From an uncultured Bacilli bacterium (GTDB lineage: Bacteria; Bacillota_I; Bacilli_A; RF39; UBA660), in the NCBI GenBank assembly GCA_934101185.1, contig CAKOQD010000001.1, positions 100,960 to 164,959 on the forward strand: a stretch of DNA of 64,000 bases, in the 5' to 3' direction. This document shows positions 10,361 to 19,132 of this stretch, one piece after another. Positions within the stretch are counted from its first letter, which is position 1, and each line of letters begins with the position of its first letter. The notes beneath the pieces were generated by a model, which was not told where the DNA came from, ran no database searches, and worked only from the letters and a program-made list of their open reading frames with translations. Position numbers and translations under genes: made by a program.

Positions 10361-11110
10361 CTACTCATTAACATCACCTTTGTAAATAACATTGTCAAGA
10401 TAAAGTCCACAAGAAGACACACATTTGACATTATACGACTTTTTTTGACATTCTAATATACACAAAACATCTGAGTAACTAAGTTTACCTTCGCCAACCA
10501 AAATTAACACAGATACTAAATTACGCACCATTTTTCTAAGAAAACCATTACCTGTAAACTCTATTTTCATTAGACAATTATTGACATTTATCTTTACATT
10601 ATATATAGTTCTAACACAGTTATCTTGATTCTTCTCATCAAAACAAAAACTTCTAAAATCATGCTCTCCTAAAAAAATAGGAATAACACTATTCATCAAC
10701 TCATCATTAAGCTTCTTATTATACTGAAGAATATAATTTCTCATACAAGGATCATACTCACCCATATTTATATAATAACAGTATGTTTTAGACAAAACAT
10801 TATATCTAGCATGAAAATCATCATTAACTACAGCAACATCTTTAACATATATTTCACCATTAAAACATTTATTAAGATATTTCTTTAAATTATACAATTT
10901 AACAGAAACATCTAAATCAAAATGAGCAGTTTGTCCTTTAGCATGAACACCCTTATCAGTCCTACCAGAAGCACATATATTAACTTTTTTTCCATTATTA
11001 AGTAAAGTAAGTACTTCTTCCATAACACCCTGTACAGTCTTTAATTTATTTTGTCTTTGAAATCCATTAAAACAAGATCCATCATAAGAAAACTTTATAA
11101 AATATCTCAT
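10361..11110 (-). CDS. truA: tRNA pseudouridine(38-40) synthase TruA
   Basis: MRYFIKFSYDGSCFNGFQRQ...ASGRTDKGVHAKGQ. Start refined to MRYF. Confidence 0.8.
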   Translation of the reverse strand: MRYFIKFSYDGSCFNGFQRQNKLKTVQGVMEEVLTLLNNGKKVNICASGRTDKGVHAKGQTAHFDLDVSVKLYNLKKYLNKCFNGEIYVKDVAVVNDDFHARYNVLSKTYCYYINMGEYDPCMRNYILQYNKKLNDELMNSVIPIFLGEHDFRSFCFDEKNQDNCVRTIYNVKINVNNCLMKIEFTGNGFLRKMVRNLVSVLILVGEGKLSYSDVLCILECQKKSYNVKCVSSCGLYLDNVIYKGDVNE

Positions 11111-11111
11111 C

Positions 11112-11870
11112 TTATTTACCTTTCTTTCTTTGTATATTATAAGTAATTCTAAGCAAAGTCTTAACAGGAAGAAATCTACTAAAGAAAACACCAATTCTAG
11201 TCATAAAACCAGGAATAATAATAAGTTTCTTATCAAGATACATTTTTTTAAGACCATATACTGCAACATCACGAGCATTCAAAGACTTAATATTAAAACT
11301 AACCCCAGCAGTCTTATTAAAATTAGTGCTAACTGGACCAGGACACAAACAACTAACAACAACATGAGATTTATTTCTACGAAGTTCCTCATACAAAGCA
11401 CAAGTAAAATCAACTACATAACTCTTCGTAGCATAATAACAACTCATCAAAGGACCACCCTTCAAAAGACCAGCACTTGATCCAACATTAAGTATATAAC
11501 CCTTATCTTTCTTAACCATATCCTTCAAATACATACGAGTAAGAACATGAAGAGCCTTAATATTAACATCAATCATTTCAAGTTCAGTAAGCATATCACA
11601 AGAATTATAATCTCCAAAAAGACCAAAACCAGCATTATTAATAAGCATATCAATATTATCTTTCTTAGTAAATATATATAAATCTTTAACCTTCTTCATA
11701 TCACTCAAATCAGTAACAATATATTTATGATCTCTCTTAAGTATATTCTTCAAATTTTCTAAAGACAAAGAATCTTTATCAACAAGAATCAAATCATATG
11801 AAATACTATCTAAATAAATAGCCATTTCACGTCCAATTCCAGAACCAGCCCCAGTTATAAGTGCCTTCAT
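11112..11870 (-). CDS. SDR-family short-chain dehydrogenase/reductase
   Basis: TGAGSGIG Rossmann motif, NNAG motif, and catalytic YxxxK (YYATK). Confidence 0.75.
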   Translation of the reverse strand: MKALITGAGSGIGREMAIYLDSISYDLILVDKDSLSLENLKNILKRDHKYIVTDLSDMKKVKDLYIFTKKDNIDMLINNAGFGLFGDYNSCDMLTELEMIDVNIKALHVLTRMYLKDMVKKDKGYILNVGSSAGLLKGGPLMSCYYATKSYVVDFTCALYEELRRNKSHVVVSCLCPGPVSTNFNKTAGVSFNIKSLNARDVAVYGLKKMYLDKKLIIIPGFMTRIGVFFSRFLPVKTLLRITYNIQRKKGK

Positions 11871-11970
11871 CGTATCACCTCACACCTATTATATAATAAA
11901 GAAAGAAAAAAGTAAATAAATGTAAAAAATTCAAAAACTTCTATCCAATATATGTAACAATTTAACTATC

Positions 11971-11995
11971 AAAAAAGAACTGAATTCATCAGTTC
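11971..11995 (-). terminator. rho-independent terminator after the FemAB-family gene
   Basis: gaactga-attca-tcagttc stem plus T-run on the minus strand. Confidence 0.55.
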
Positions 11996-12007
11996 CAAAC
12001 AAACTAA

Positions 12008-13042
12008 TTATTTAAACAACTTACTCTTTATGTTCTTTAAAGTTACCAATTTAAAATAACTATAAGGTTTGTATATCACACTAATTTTACCTATATACTC
12101 CTCAATTCCTTCAGCATGAGTAAAACCAGTTTTAAATCTATAAAGTCCATTATCCTTTTCTAAATAGATTATTCCACCAAAATTATAAGTCTTACATCCT
12201 CTTTCAATTCCCCATTTTATCATTTCTGTTTGCATCTTATAATTTGGCATTAAATGTCTTTTTTCATTAGAACTAGCACCATAAACATAATAAAGCTCAT
12301 TTCCATAACATATTGAAATTGCACCTGAAAGTGCCTCACCATCTTTTTCAACGATATATATTCTTAAAGTATCCTCATCATAAGCATTTAACATTCTTTT
12401 TAAATATTCATAAGGCCTTGCACCAATTTTATCTCTTACAACTGTTGTCTTATATATATCATAAAAAATCTCTAAATCTTTTTCATCATGAGAATATCTT
12501 ACTTTCAAATCATGTTTATCAGCTAAATTTATATTATACCTTGTTTTTTGCTTAAACTCTTGTTTTAAATCATCAATAGTTTTACCCTCTAAATAAAGCT
12601 TTGCTTCGAACTTAGGATTAATAAAATCATGTGGATCCGAATTTTTCTTTTGCGTAGTATATCCATTTTTATTTAAGATTTTCTTTAAATTCTCATCATT
12701 TTTTATCGGAGGATCAAACGTTAAAACATAAGCATTATATTTCTTAGCGATTTTTTTAGCTTCATCCATTAACTCATTCAAAGTCTTAATATCATATATA
12801 TCACATATCGGACCACGTGGAGAATACATAAAAGTAACATTAGTATTTGGTATTTCTTGAATCAATATCATCATCGCAGCATATATCTCATCATCTTTCT
12901 TTAAATAAATACACTCCTCTTTCCAATTATTCTTAACTTGTCCCCAATTAATATTTTGCATAAAACTAACATAATCTTGTTTTTCTAAAAAATCATTATA
13001 TTGTTTAACTTCTTCCTTATTTTTTAAATCTAATACTGCCAT
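12008..13042 (-). CDS. FemAB/MurM-family peptidoglycan interpeptide-bridge aminoacyltransferase
   Basis: Fem-family signature (KTRYNINLA; YIVEKDGEALSGAISICYGNELYYVYGASS). Confidence 0.65.
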   Translation of the reverse strand: MAVLDLKNKEEVKQYNDFLEKQDYVSFMQNINWGQVKNNWKEECIYLKKDDEIYAAMMILIQEIPNTNVTFMYSPRGPICDIYDIKTLNELMDEAKKIAKKYNAYVLTFDPPIKNDENLKKILNKNGYTTQKKNSDPHDFINPKFEAKLYLEGKTIDDLKQEFKQKTRYNINLADKHDLKVRYSHDEKDLEIFYDIYKTTVVRDKIGARPYEYLKRMLNAYDEDTLRIYIVEKDGEALSGAISICYGNELYYVYGASSNEKRHLMPNYKMQTEMIKWGIERGCKTYNFGGIIYLEKDNGLYRFKTGFTHAEGIEEYIGKISVIYKPYSYFKLVTLKNIKSKLFK

Positions 13043-13128
13043 TGTACTGCACTCCTTCTAACCTATATTATAAGTACTTAATTAGATTATAGCATATTAA
13101 AAAACAATAAACAATAAAAACATCAAAG

Positions 13129-13149
13129 AAAAAAAGCACTAAACGTGCT
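13129..13149 (-). terminator. rho-independent terminator after the DUF368 gene
   Basis: agcac-taaac-gtgct stem plus T-run. Confidence 0.5.
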
Positions 13150-14038
13150 AATTATCTAATTTCTTTCTCAAAACTTCAAGTCCATAAACAATTATTCCAC
13201 CAATTATAAAGAATAATATACTAAAAGTTCCAAAACTCATTGCTTCCTGTGGCACTTCCAAACTTGTTGGACCCATAACTATTGCATATATTGAACCAAC
13301 CATCAAACCAAGAACTAAATAAATAGTTTGAGATCTATATTTATCAAGAGCCTTCTTTATAATCTTAACAATTAAAAGCATTCCTGTAATAACTCCAAGT
13401 CCAAATATTATTAATATTGGTAAAACCTTAAAATTAAAATGTAAAAACTCACTAATCGAAGTAATAATTGGAACATAAAGACCAAATATAAGCAAAAGTG
13501 TTGAACCAGATATACCAGGAACTACCATCGCAGAAATAGCAATAACTCCCGCGAAAAACAAATATAACAAAAGTCCTACATTAAGATTATTAAGATCAAT
13601 ACTACTTCCTCCCCCAACAGGATTAAAATAAGTAATAAGACAAACTATCAAAATACCAATAAAGGCATAAAATAAATATCCATATTTTCCCTTTAATGTA
13701 TCTTTTTCATCCCTAACTATTAAAGGAATAGCAAACACTATAAAACCTATAAATACTGAACTAACACTATATATATGTTTTTCAAATAAACTAGAAAGCA
13801 CAATTGATGCAAGTGCCATACCAATTGCCCAACCAATACCAAGCTTAATCAAAAATGATACTGCCTTCTTTTTACTTTGTCCTTTACTAATCAAAGCATT
13901 AATACTATTAATAAACTCTTCATAAAAACCTAATATAAATGCAACAGTACCCCCAGATATACCAGGAACACTATCAGCAAGCGCCATACAAAATCCTTGT
14001 ACCACATTAACTATATTCTTTTTCATTTCCTTTTTCAC
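13148..14038 (-). CDS. DUF368 family membrane protein (family recently implicated in undecaprenyl-phosphate translocation)
   Basis: Duplicated VPGISGG/VPGISGS motifs (ADSVPGISGGTVAFILG; AMVVPGISGSTLLLIFG) in a polytopic membrane protein. Confidence 0.65.
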   Translation of the reverse strand: MKKEMKKNIVNVVQGFCMALADSVPGISGGTVAFILGFYEEFINSINALISKGQSKKKAVSFLIKLGIGWAIGMALASIVLSSLFEKHIYSVSSVFIGFIVFAIPLIVRDEKDTLKGKYGYLFYAFIGILIVCLITYFNPVGGGSSIDLNNLNVGLLLYLFFAGVIAISAMVVPGISGSTLLLIFGLYVPIITSISEFLHFNFKVLPILIIFGLGVITGMLLIVKIIKKALDKYRSQTIYLVLGLMVGSIYAIVMGPTSLEVPQEAMSFGTFSILFFIIGGIIVYGLEVLRKKLDN

Positions 14039-15056
14039 CTTTTCCTCTTTTTTTATTATAATGGAATATTAAATAAAATGCAAAACTTAATAAAATTAAT
14101 AAATAAAAACTAATACTCCTCTGAAGTAACATACTAGATAAAACATAATCTTTCTTATATAACAATTCATTAACAGACAAAATAATTCCCTCCAAAACCA
14201 TAACTCCTCCAGGTGTTGGTAAAAAGTCAGAAGCAATAACAATACAAACTTGAAAAGCAATTATTGCAAAAACACTGTAATCATTAAGACCAAATGATTT
14301 ATATATAAAATAACTAACTAACAAAAAACTTATCCTCTGAAGTAAAAGAATAATAAATGATTTAACAAATATAATCGGTCTATCTTTAGTAAAATTAGAT
14401 AAATCATTATACTTATTAACCATTTCATCAAGTCTTTTCTTCTTAATATCCTTATTCTTTATAAAACCAAACTTATTTATAAAAAAATCAACCATTCTTT
14501 CAGTAAACTTTATTGTTTTCTTTGAATATACCAAACTTATAAAAAATATAATAACAACTAAATTAAGTAAAAAACCAAGTATTATTAAAACATTAAAAAC
14601 ACTAGAAAAATCAAATATCAAACGACCATAAAATACTAAAGATAAAATAAGTAAAAATATCAAAGTAAACTTATAAATAATAGTATTAAGTAAAACTATT
14701 ATACTTGATTTATAATAATCAATTCCATCTCTTTTCATTTCATACATTTGAATAGGCTGTCCCCCCATCGAAGAAGGAGTAATACCAGAAAAATATATTT
14801 CTGTAAACACATAACCAAGCGCTTTATAAAGACTCATTTTAATACCCATATCTTTAGAAATACTAATTAAAAACAATGCCTCAAATAAAGGAAACATCAA
14901 AATTGATAATACCGCTAATAAAATATATTTCAAATTGCAAAGCCTTAAAGACTTAATAAGCATATTAATATCATAATACTTAAATATCCATAAATAAGTT
15001 ATCAAAAAAAGTACAATAAAAAGTATAAACGATAAAACATATTTCTTTTTCTTCAT
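14007..15056 (-). CDS. flippase-like / lysylphosphatidylglycerol-synthase TM-region family (UPF0104) membrane protein
   Basis: Polytopic membrane protein with GITPSSMGGQPIQMY-type motif. Confidence 0.5.
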   Translation of the reverse strand: MKKKKYVLSFILFIVLFLITYLWIFKYYDINMLIKSLRLCNLKYILLAVLSILMFPLFEALFLISISKDMGIKMSLYKALGYVFTEIYFSGITPSSMGGQPIQMYEMKRDGIDYYKSSIIVLLNTIIYKFTLIFLLILSLVFYGRLIFDFSSVFNVLIILGFLLNLVVIIFFISLVYSKKTIKFTERMVDFFINKFGFIKNKDIKKKRLDEMVNKYNDLSNFTKDRPIIFVKSFIILLLQRISFLLVSYFIYKSFGLNDYSVFAIIAFQVCIVIASDFLPTPGGVMVLEGIILSVNELLYKKDYVLSSMLLQRSISFYLLILLSFAFYLIFHYNKKRGKGEKGNEKEYS

Positions 15057-15152
15057 ATTTCACCTACCTCAAACACACTATATCTATTCTAACATAATTT
15101 TATTAAAAAAATATTTATTTTACACAAATATATGTAAAAAGAAGTAAACCAA

Positions 15153-15629
15153 CTACTTCTTTATCTTATCAAAATAAATATCACTATCACTACTAGAATA
15201 CTTCTTTATCGCAGAAACTATTTTCTCATCATAAGTATAATTATATCCTACAAAAGATTCATCCCCAATTATATAATAAGGAATCCCACTTGACTTATCC
15301 CCTTTTGCAAGAAGAAACTCCTTCATAAGATTAGCATTTTCTGAATTATGCCACACTTCAAATCCATACAAATTAAACTTATTACCATACTTATCATTAA
15401 TATCATCCAAATACTTTATAAGCTTTTCACAATGAGGACACTCTTTTCCATAAAACAAATAAATATTAATCATTCCATCTTCTTTTTTTATCTCATCAAC
15501 CGTAGCATTCTTATTTACCACATTATCTACTGATTTATTATTAAAAAATGCAAAATAAGAAAGAAAACAAAGTATTAAAATAGTAATAACTATAAAAACA
15601 ATATCAATTTTATTCTTCACTTTAACCAC
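15153..15629 (-). CDS. membrane-anchored thioredoxin-fold thiol:disulfide oxidoreductase (DsbA-like CPHC)
   Basis: N-terminal TM helix followed by a thioredoxin fold containing FYGKECPHCEKL. Confidence 0.55.
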   Translation of the reverse strand: MVKVKNKIDIVFIVITILILCFLSYFAFFNNKSVDNVVNKNATVDEIKKEDGMINIYLFYGKECPHCEKLIKYLDDINDKYGNKFNLYGFEVWHNSENANLMKEFLLAKGDKSSGIPYYIIGDESFVGYNYTYDEKIVSAIKKYSSSDSDIYFDKIKK

Positions 15630-15631
15630 CT

Positions 15632-16480
15632 CTAAAAATTAAACATTAACCACTCAGGCTTTATAACCATCAAAATACCTAAAAGTAACATAATTATTCC
15701 CCCAATTAAATGAGAATACTTAGTATACTTATTAGAAATACCTTTTATTTTTAATGTTTTCATTGCTATAACAAATATTACTATATCATCAATTAAAAAG
15801 AAAAGCAAATATAATCCAATATAAATTACATACTCTAAAGTACTAAGATCATTCATAGCTAAAACATTCGTAAACATAACAGGTATCCCAAGCGAACAAA
15901 GAAGTTCAATTAAATTAACAGAAAAAGCAAGTAATATAATTCCAATTATTGATAATAAAAAACTCTTTTCAGTAACTATTTTTTTAATTCTTTCCATTAT
16001 TTTAAGCCTTTTCTTCTTATCAGTAACATCACAACCCACATCACTATTTAAACTCTTAATATATCTATAAATATTAACCATTCCAAACAAAACAGCAAAA
16101 CTAGCAATTAAAAATCTTATTAAAACAACACTATTAAGAAAACTAGCAAGACTAAACCAAGAAACCATAAAACATAAATAAACAAAACCACTAGTAAAAA
16201 TAAAAGTAAGTCCTAATATCCACATTTTCTTTCTATCATGCATAGAAAACATCATCGTAATAAGAAATATAAGTATCCACATAGCACAAGGATTAAACCC
16301 ATCAACAGCACCCAATATAATAGTAAAAATAGGTAAAGAAACATCCTTTAAAGAAACCACTCCAAACAAACCAGTATCAACAGAATAAGAATCCATTCCA
16401 TATACACAAACCGGTAAAAACATAACTAAAACTATTAAAAATAAATATATAAACCTTCTACACTTCATCAATACCACCAT
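15632..16480 (-). CDS. CcdA/DsbD-like polytopic membrane protein with conserved Cys (probable disulfide-relay membrane component)
   Basis: GAVDGFNPCAMWIL and ELLCSLGIP Cys residues in TM segments. Translationally coupled to the flanking redox genes. Confidence 0.4.
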   Translation of the reverse strand: MVVLMKCRRFIYLFLIVLVMFLPVCVYGMDSYSVDTGLFGVVSLKDVSLPIFTIILGAVDGFNPCAMWILIFLITMMFSMHDRKKMWILGLTFIFTSGFVYLCFMVSWFSLASFLNSVVLIRFLIASFAVLFGMVNIYRYIKSLNSDVGCDVTDKKKRLKIMERIKKIVTEKSFLLSIIGIILLAFSVNLIELLCSLGIPVMFTNVLAMNDLSTLEYVIYIGLYLLFFLIDDIVIFVIAMKTLKIKGISNKYTKYSHLIGGIIMLLLGILMVIKPEWLMFNF

Positions 16481-16739
16481 TATCCTTTAAAAAAGAAATA
16501 AGCCTACTATCACTAACTTCTCCAACTAATCTAGCAACCTCTAAAGAAGAATCCATCAATATATAAACAGGAAGCACACTTCCAACATCATACAAAGAAA
16601 TTAAAGAAGAATCCATATCATAATCAATATCCTCTATGTCAAATAAAACATTATACTTAGACAAAACATCATCAAGTAAATTATTCATAATAATACAAGA
16701 CATACACCACATAGCACTAATCTTAACCAATTTCATCAT
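16458..16739 (-). CDS. small thioredoxin-like protein (WCxxC)
   Basis: 93 aa with an AMWCMSC active-site-like motif and a cis-Pro region VLPVYIL. Confidence 0.5.
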   Translation of the reverse strand: MMKLVKISAMWCMSCIIMNNLLDDVLSKYNVLFDIEDIDYDMDSSLISLYDVGSVLPVYILMDSSLEVARLVGEVSDSRLISFLKDNGGIDEV

Positions 16740-17829
16740 ATTCCTCCATTAACTTATCTAAAACACTTAAAAAATAATCAATCTCATCATCTAAAGTCTT
16801 ATAAGAAAGACTTATCCTAATACTAGAACTAGCTCTATCTTTATCTTTATAAATCTCATAAACACAAAGCGAATAACTAGTATCACTACTACAAGCAGTT
16901 TTAGTAGAAACATAAACTCCATGATCAGCAAAATACTTTTGAACAACATTTGAATCCTTTCCCATAAAACTAATATTTAAAATATTATCTATACAATAAT
17001 CATTACTATTAATAAGAATACTATCATACTTAGATAAATGTTCTCTTATCCTTTTATTAAGACGATTAACATAAGAAAAATCATTATTAAACAATAAAAA
17101 AGCCTTAGATAAAGAACAAATAAGCTCAGTCTGAGGAGTCCCACTCCTATAAATAGTAGTACTTTTTCCTCCGTGAATAAGCGGAACAATCTTAACATTT
17201 CTCTTCTTTATTAAACCACCAATTCCTTTAAAACAAAAAAGCTTATGTCCAGAAAAACTTGCCATATCAACATTACTTAAATCAATATCAGTCTTAGAAA
17301 CAGCCTGAGTAATATCACTATGAAACAAAACATTAGGATACTTCTTAAGCATAAGACCAATCTCCTCAATTGGTTGTCTAAGTCCAATCTCACTATTAAC
17401 ACATCCAATAGAAACAAGACAAGTATTATCATTAATTAATTCCTCTAACTTTTCTATATCAACAATACCATTTTCATCCAAAGGAGCAAAAATAACTTTA
17501 TAACCCTTCTTTTGTAAATAACTACATGGACCATATATTGAAGAATGTTCCAACTTAGTAGTAATAATCTCATTACCAGAAGAACAAATACCCTTTAAAA
17601 CAGTATTATTACTCTCACTAGCACCACTAGTAAAAATAATCTCATCATCAAAAATATTAAAATAATTACAAATATTAGAAATACTAGAACTAATTATATC
17701 ATTACACTTTTTACCTATATCATGATTAGAATTAGGATTAGCATAAAAATTATTACAAACATAATTAAAATAATCTAAAACTTCTTTATCTACTTTAGTC
17801 GTAGCACTATAATCTAAATAAACTTCCAT
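16723..17829 (-). CDS. cysteine desulfurase (class V aminotransferase, NifS/IscS family)
   Basis: MEVYLDYSATT, PLP-Lys motif SFSGHKLFCFKGIGGL, and FTSGASESNN. Confidence 0.75.
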   Translation of the reverse strand: MEVYLDYSATTKVDKEVLDYFNYVCNNFYANPNSNHDIGKKCNDIISSSISNICNYFNIFDDEIIFTSGASESNNTVLKGICSSGNEIITTKLEHSSIYGPCSYLQKKGYKVIFAPLDENGIVDIEKLEELINDNTCLVSIGCVNSEIGLRQPIEEIGLMLKKYPNVLFHSDITQAVSKTDIDLSNVDMASFSGHKLFCFKGIGGLIKKRNVKIVPLIHGGKSTTIYRSGTPQTELICSLSKAFLLFNNDFSYVNRLNKRIREHLSKYDSILINSNDYCIDNILNISFMGKDSNVVQKYFADHGVYVSTKTACSSDTSYSLCVYEIYKDKDRASSSIRISLSYKTLDDEIDYFLSVLDKLMEEYDEIG

Positions 17830-17912
17830 TAATATCACCACAATAAGTATAAATATAAACTATATATAAAAGCAATAAAAAAGAAGTTGAACTAACTAAA
17901 CCATAGGTTGAA

Positions 17913-18590
17913 TTAATTACAATCTTCTAAATTAAGTGGTATTTTGTAATTAGTAGTCTTCCCATCAAAAGACGTTGCATTAATCTCAATATACATATCC
18001 AAATCTTTACAAACATTCTTATAATTCGAAGTCACAAAACTAACTCCCTTTAAATACTCCTCTAAAGTAACATTCTTATTATTAGAATAATCACACTCTT
18101 TTACCTTAACAGTAACATCACCATGACTCTCATACAAATTACAAGTAATTAAACTATACTTAGTAACATCATCCCCACCACAATAATCTATACTAGATAC
18201 ATATATCGAAGACTTATCCTTATTATAAGAAATACTACCAGTAATATTAAAATCATTACAAGAAGAAGACAAAGTCTTAAAATTAAAATCATTATCATGA
18301 AAAAATATACAATGAATAATACAAAAAAGTATAAAAACACCAAATATTACAAAAAGAACCTTATAATTAAAACCCTTTTTACTAGATCTTCCCTCAAGTA
18401 AATCATCTATATTAACATTAAACTCTTTACTAATTTGCTTTAAAATCATAATATCAGGAATATTCTTACCATTTTCCCACTTACTAACAGCCTGATAAGT
18501 AACACCAAGCCTACAAGCAAAATCTTTCTGAGTAAGACCATTATCAGTTCTTATTTTCTTTATAAACTTTCCAATCTTTTCCTGTTCCAT
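17913..18590 (-). CDS. membrane-anchored XRE-family HTH protein with a Cys-rich extracytoplasmic domain
   Basis: N-terminal HTH_XRE (LTQKDFACRLGVTYQAVSKWENGKNIP), one TM helix, and a C-terminal domain with 6 Cys. Confidence 0.6.
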   Translation of the reverse strand: MEQEKIGKFIKKIRTDNGLTQKDFACRLGVTYQAVSKWENGKNIPDIMILKQISKEFNVNIDDLLEGRSSKKGFNYKVLFVIFGVFILFCIIHCIFFHDNDFNFKTLSSSCNDFNITGSISYNKDKSSIYVSSIDYCGGDDVTKYSLITCNLYESHGDVTVKVKECDYSNNKNVTLEEYLKGVSFVTSNYKNVCKDLDMYIEINATSFDGKTTNYKIPLNLEDCN

Positions 18591-18599
18591 AAAACATCA

Positions 18600-18980
18600 C
18601 TACTCTTTCTTCAATAAATCTCTAATCTCCTCAAGTAAAACAACCTCATCACTCTTCTTAGTCACTTCTTTTACTTCTTCTTTTTTATTAAAAAACTTAT
18701 TTATAATACTAATAAATATAAATATACAAAATGCAATAATTAAAAAATCTACTATATTTTGAATCAAAGAACCATATCTAATTTCTGCATCACCAACTTT
18801 TAAAGTAAGATTAGTAAAATCATGACCTCCAATCAAAATACCAACAAAAGGCATAAATAAATCATTAACTAAACTAGAAACAATCTTCGAAAAAGCACCT
18901 CCTATTAAAACACCAACTGCTAAATCAATAACATTTCCACGTTCAATAAACTTCTTAAATTCATCAAAAAACTTCTTCAT
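18600..18980 (-). CDS. mscL: large-conductance mechanosensitive channel MscL
   Basis: [47 protein letters not shown]. Confidence 0.85.
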   Translation of the reverse strand: MKKFFDEFKKFIERGNVIDLAVGVLIGGAFSKIVSSLVNDLFMPFVGILIGGHDFTNLTLKVGDAEIRYGSLIQNIVDFLIIAFCIFIFISIINKFFNKKEEVKEVTKKSDEVVLLEEIRDLLKKE

Positions 18981-19065
18981 AATATCACCAAATAAAGTAT
19001 ACAATATCTAAATAATAAATGCAATAATTCACATACTAATTAAAGGTGAAAAAAGAATCAAAAAA

Positions 19066-19106
19066 TTAGCACTCTCACTTGACAAGTGCTAAAAATGTGA
19101 TATAAT
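19066..19106 (+). promoter_or_regulatory. CIRCE-like HrcA operator overlapping the sigmaA-type promoter of clpB
   Basis: TTAGCACTC-N9-AAGTGCTAA at 19066-19092 matches the consensus TTAGCACTC-N9-GAGTGCTAA at 17 of 18 positions. TTGACA at 19079-19084, 16-nt spacer, TATAAT at 19101-19106. Confidence 0.55.
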
Positions 19107-19132
19107 ATATGTGTAAAAGGGAGGTAATACAT

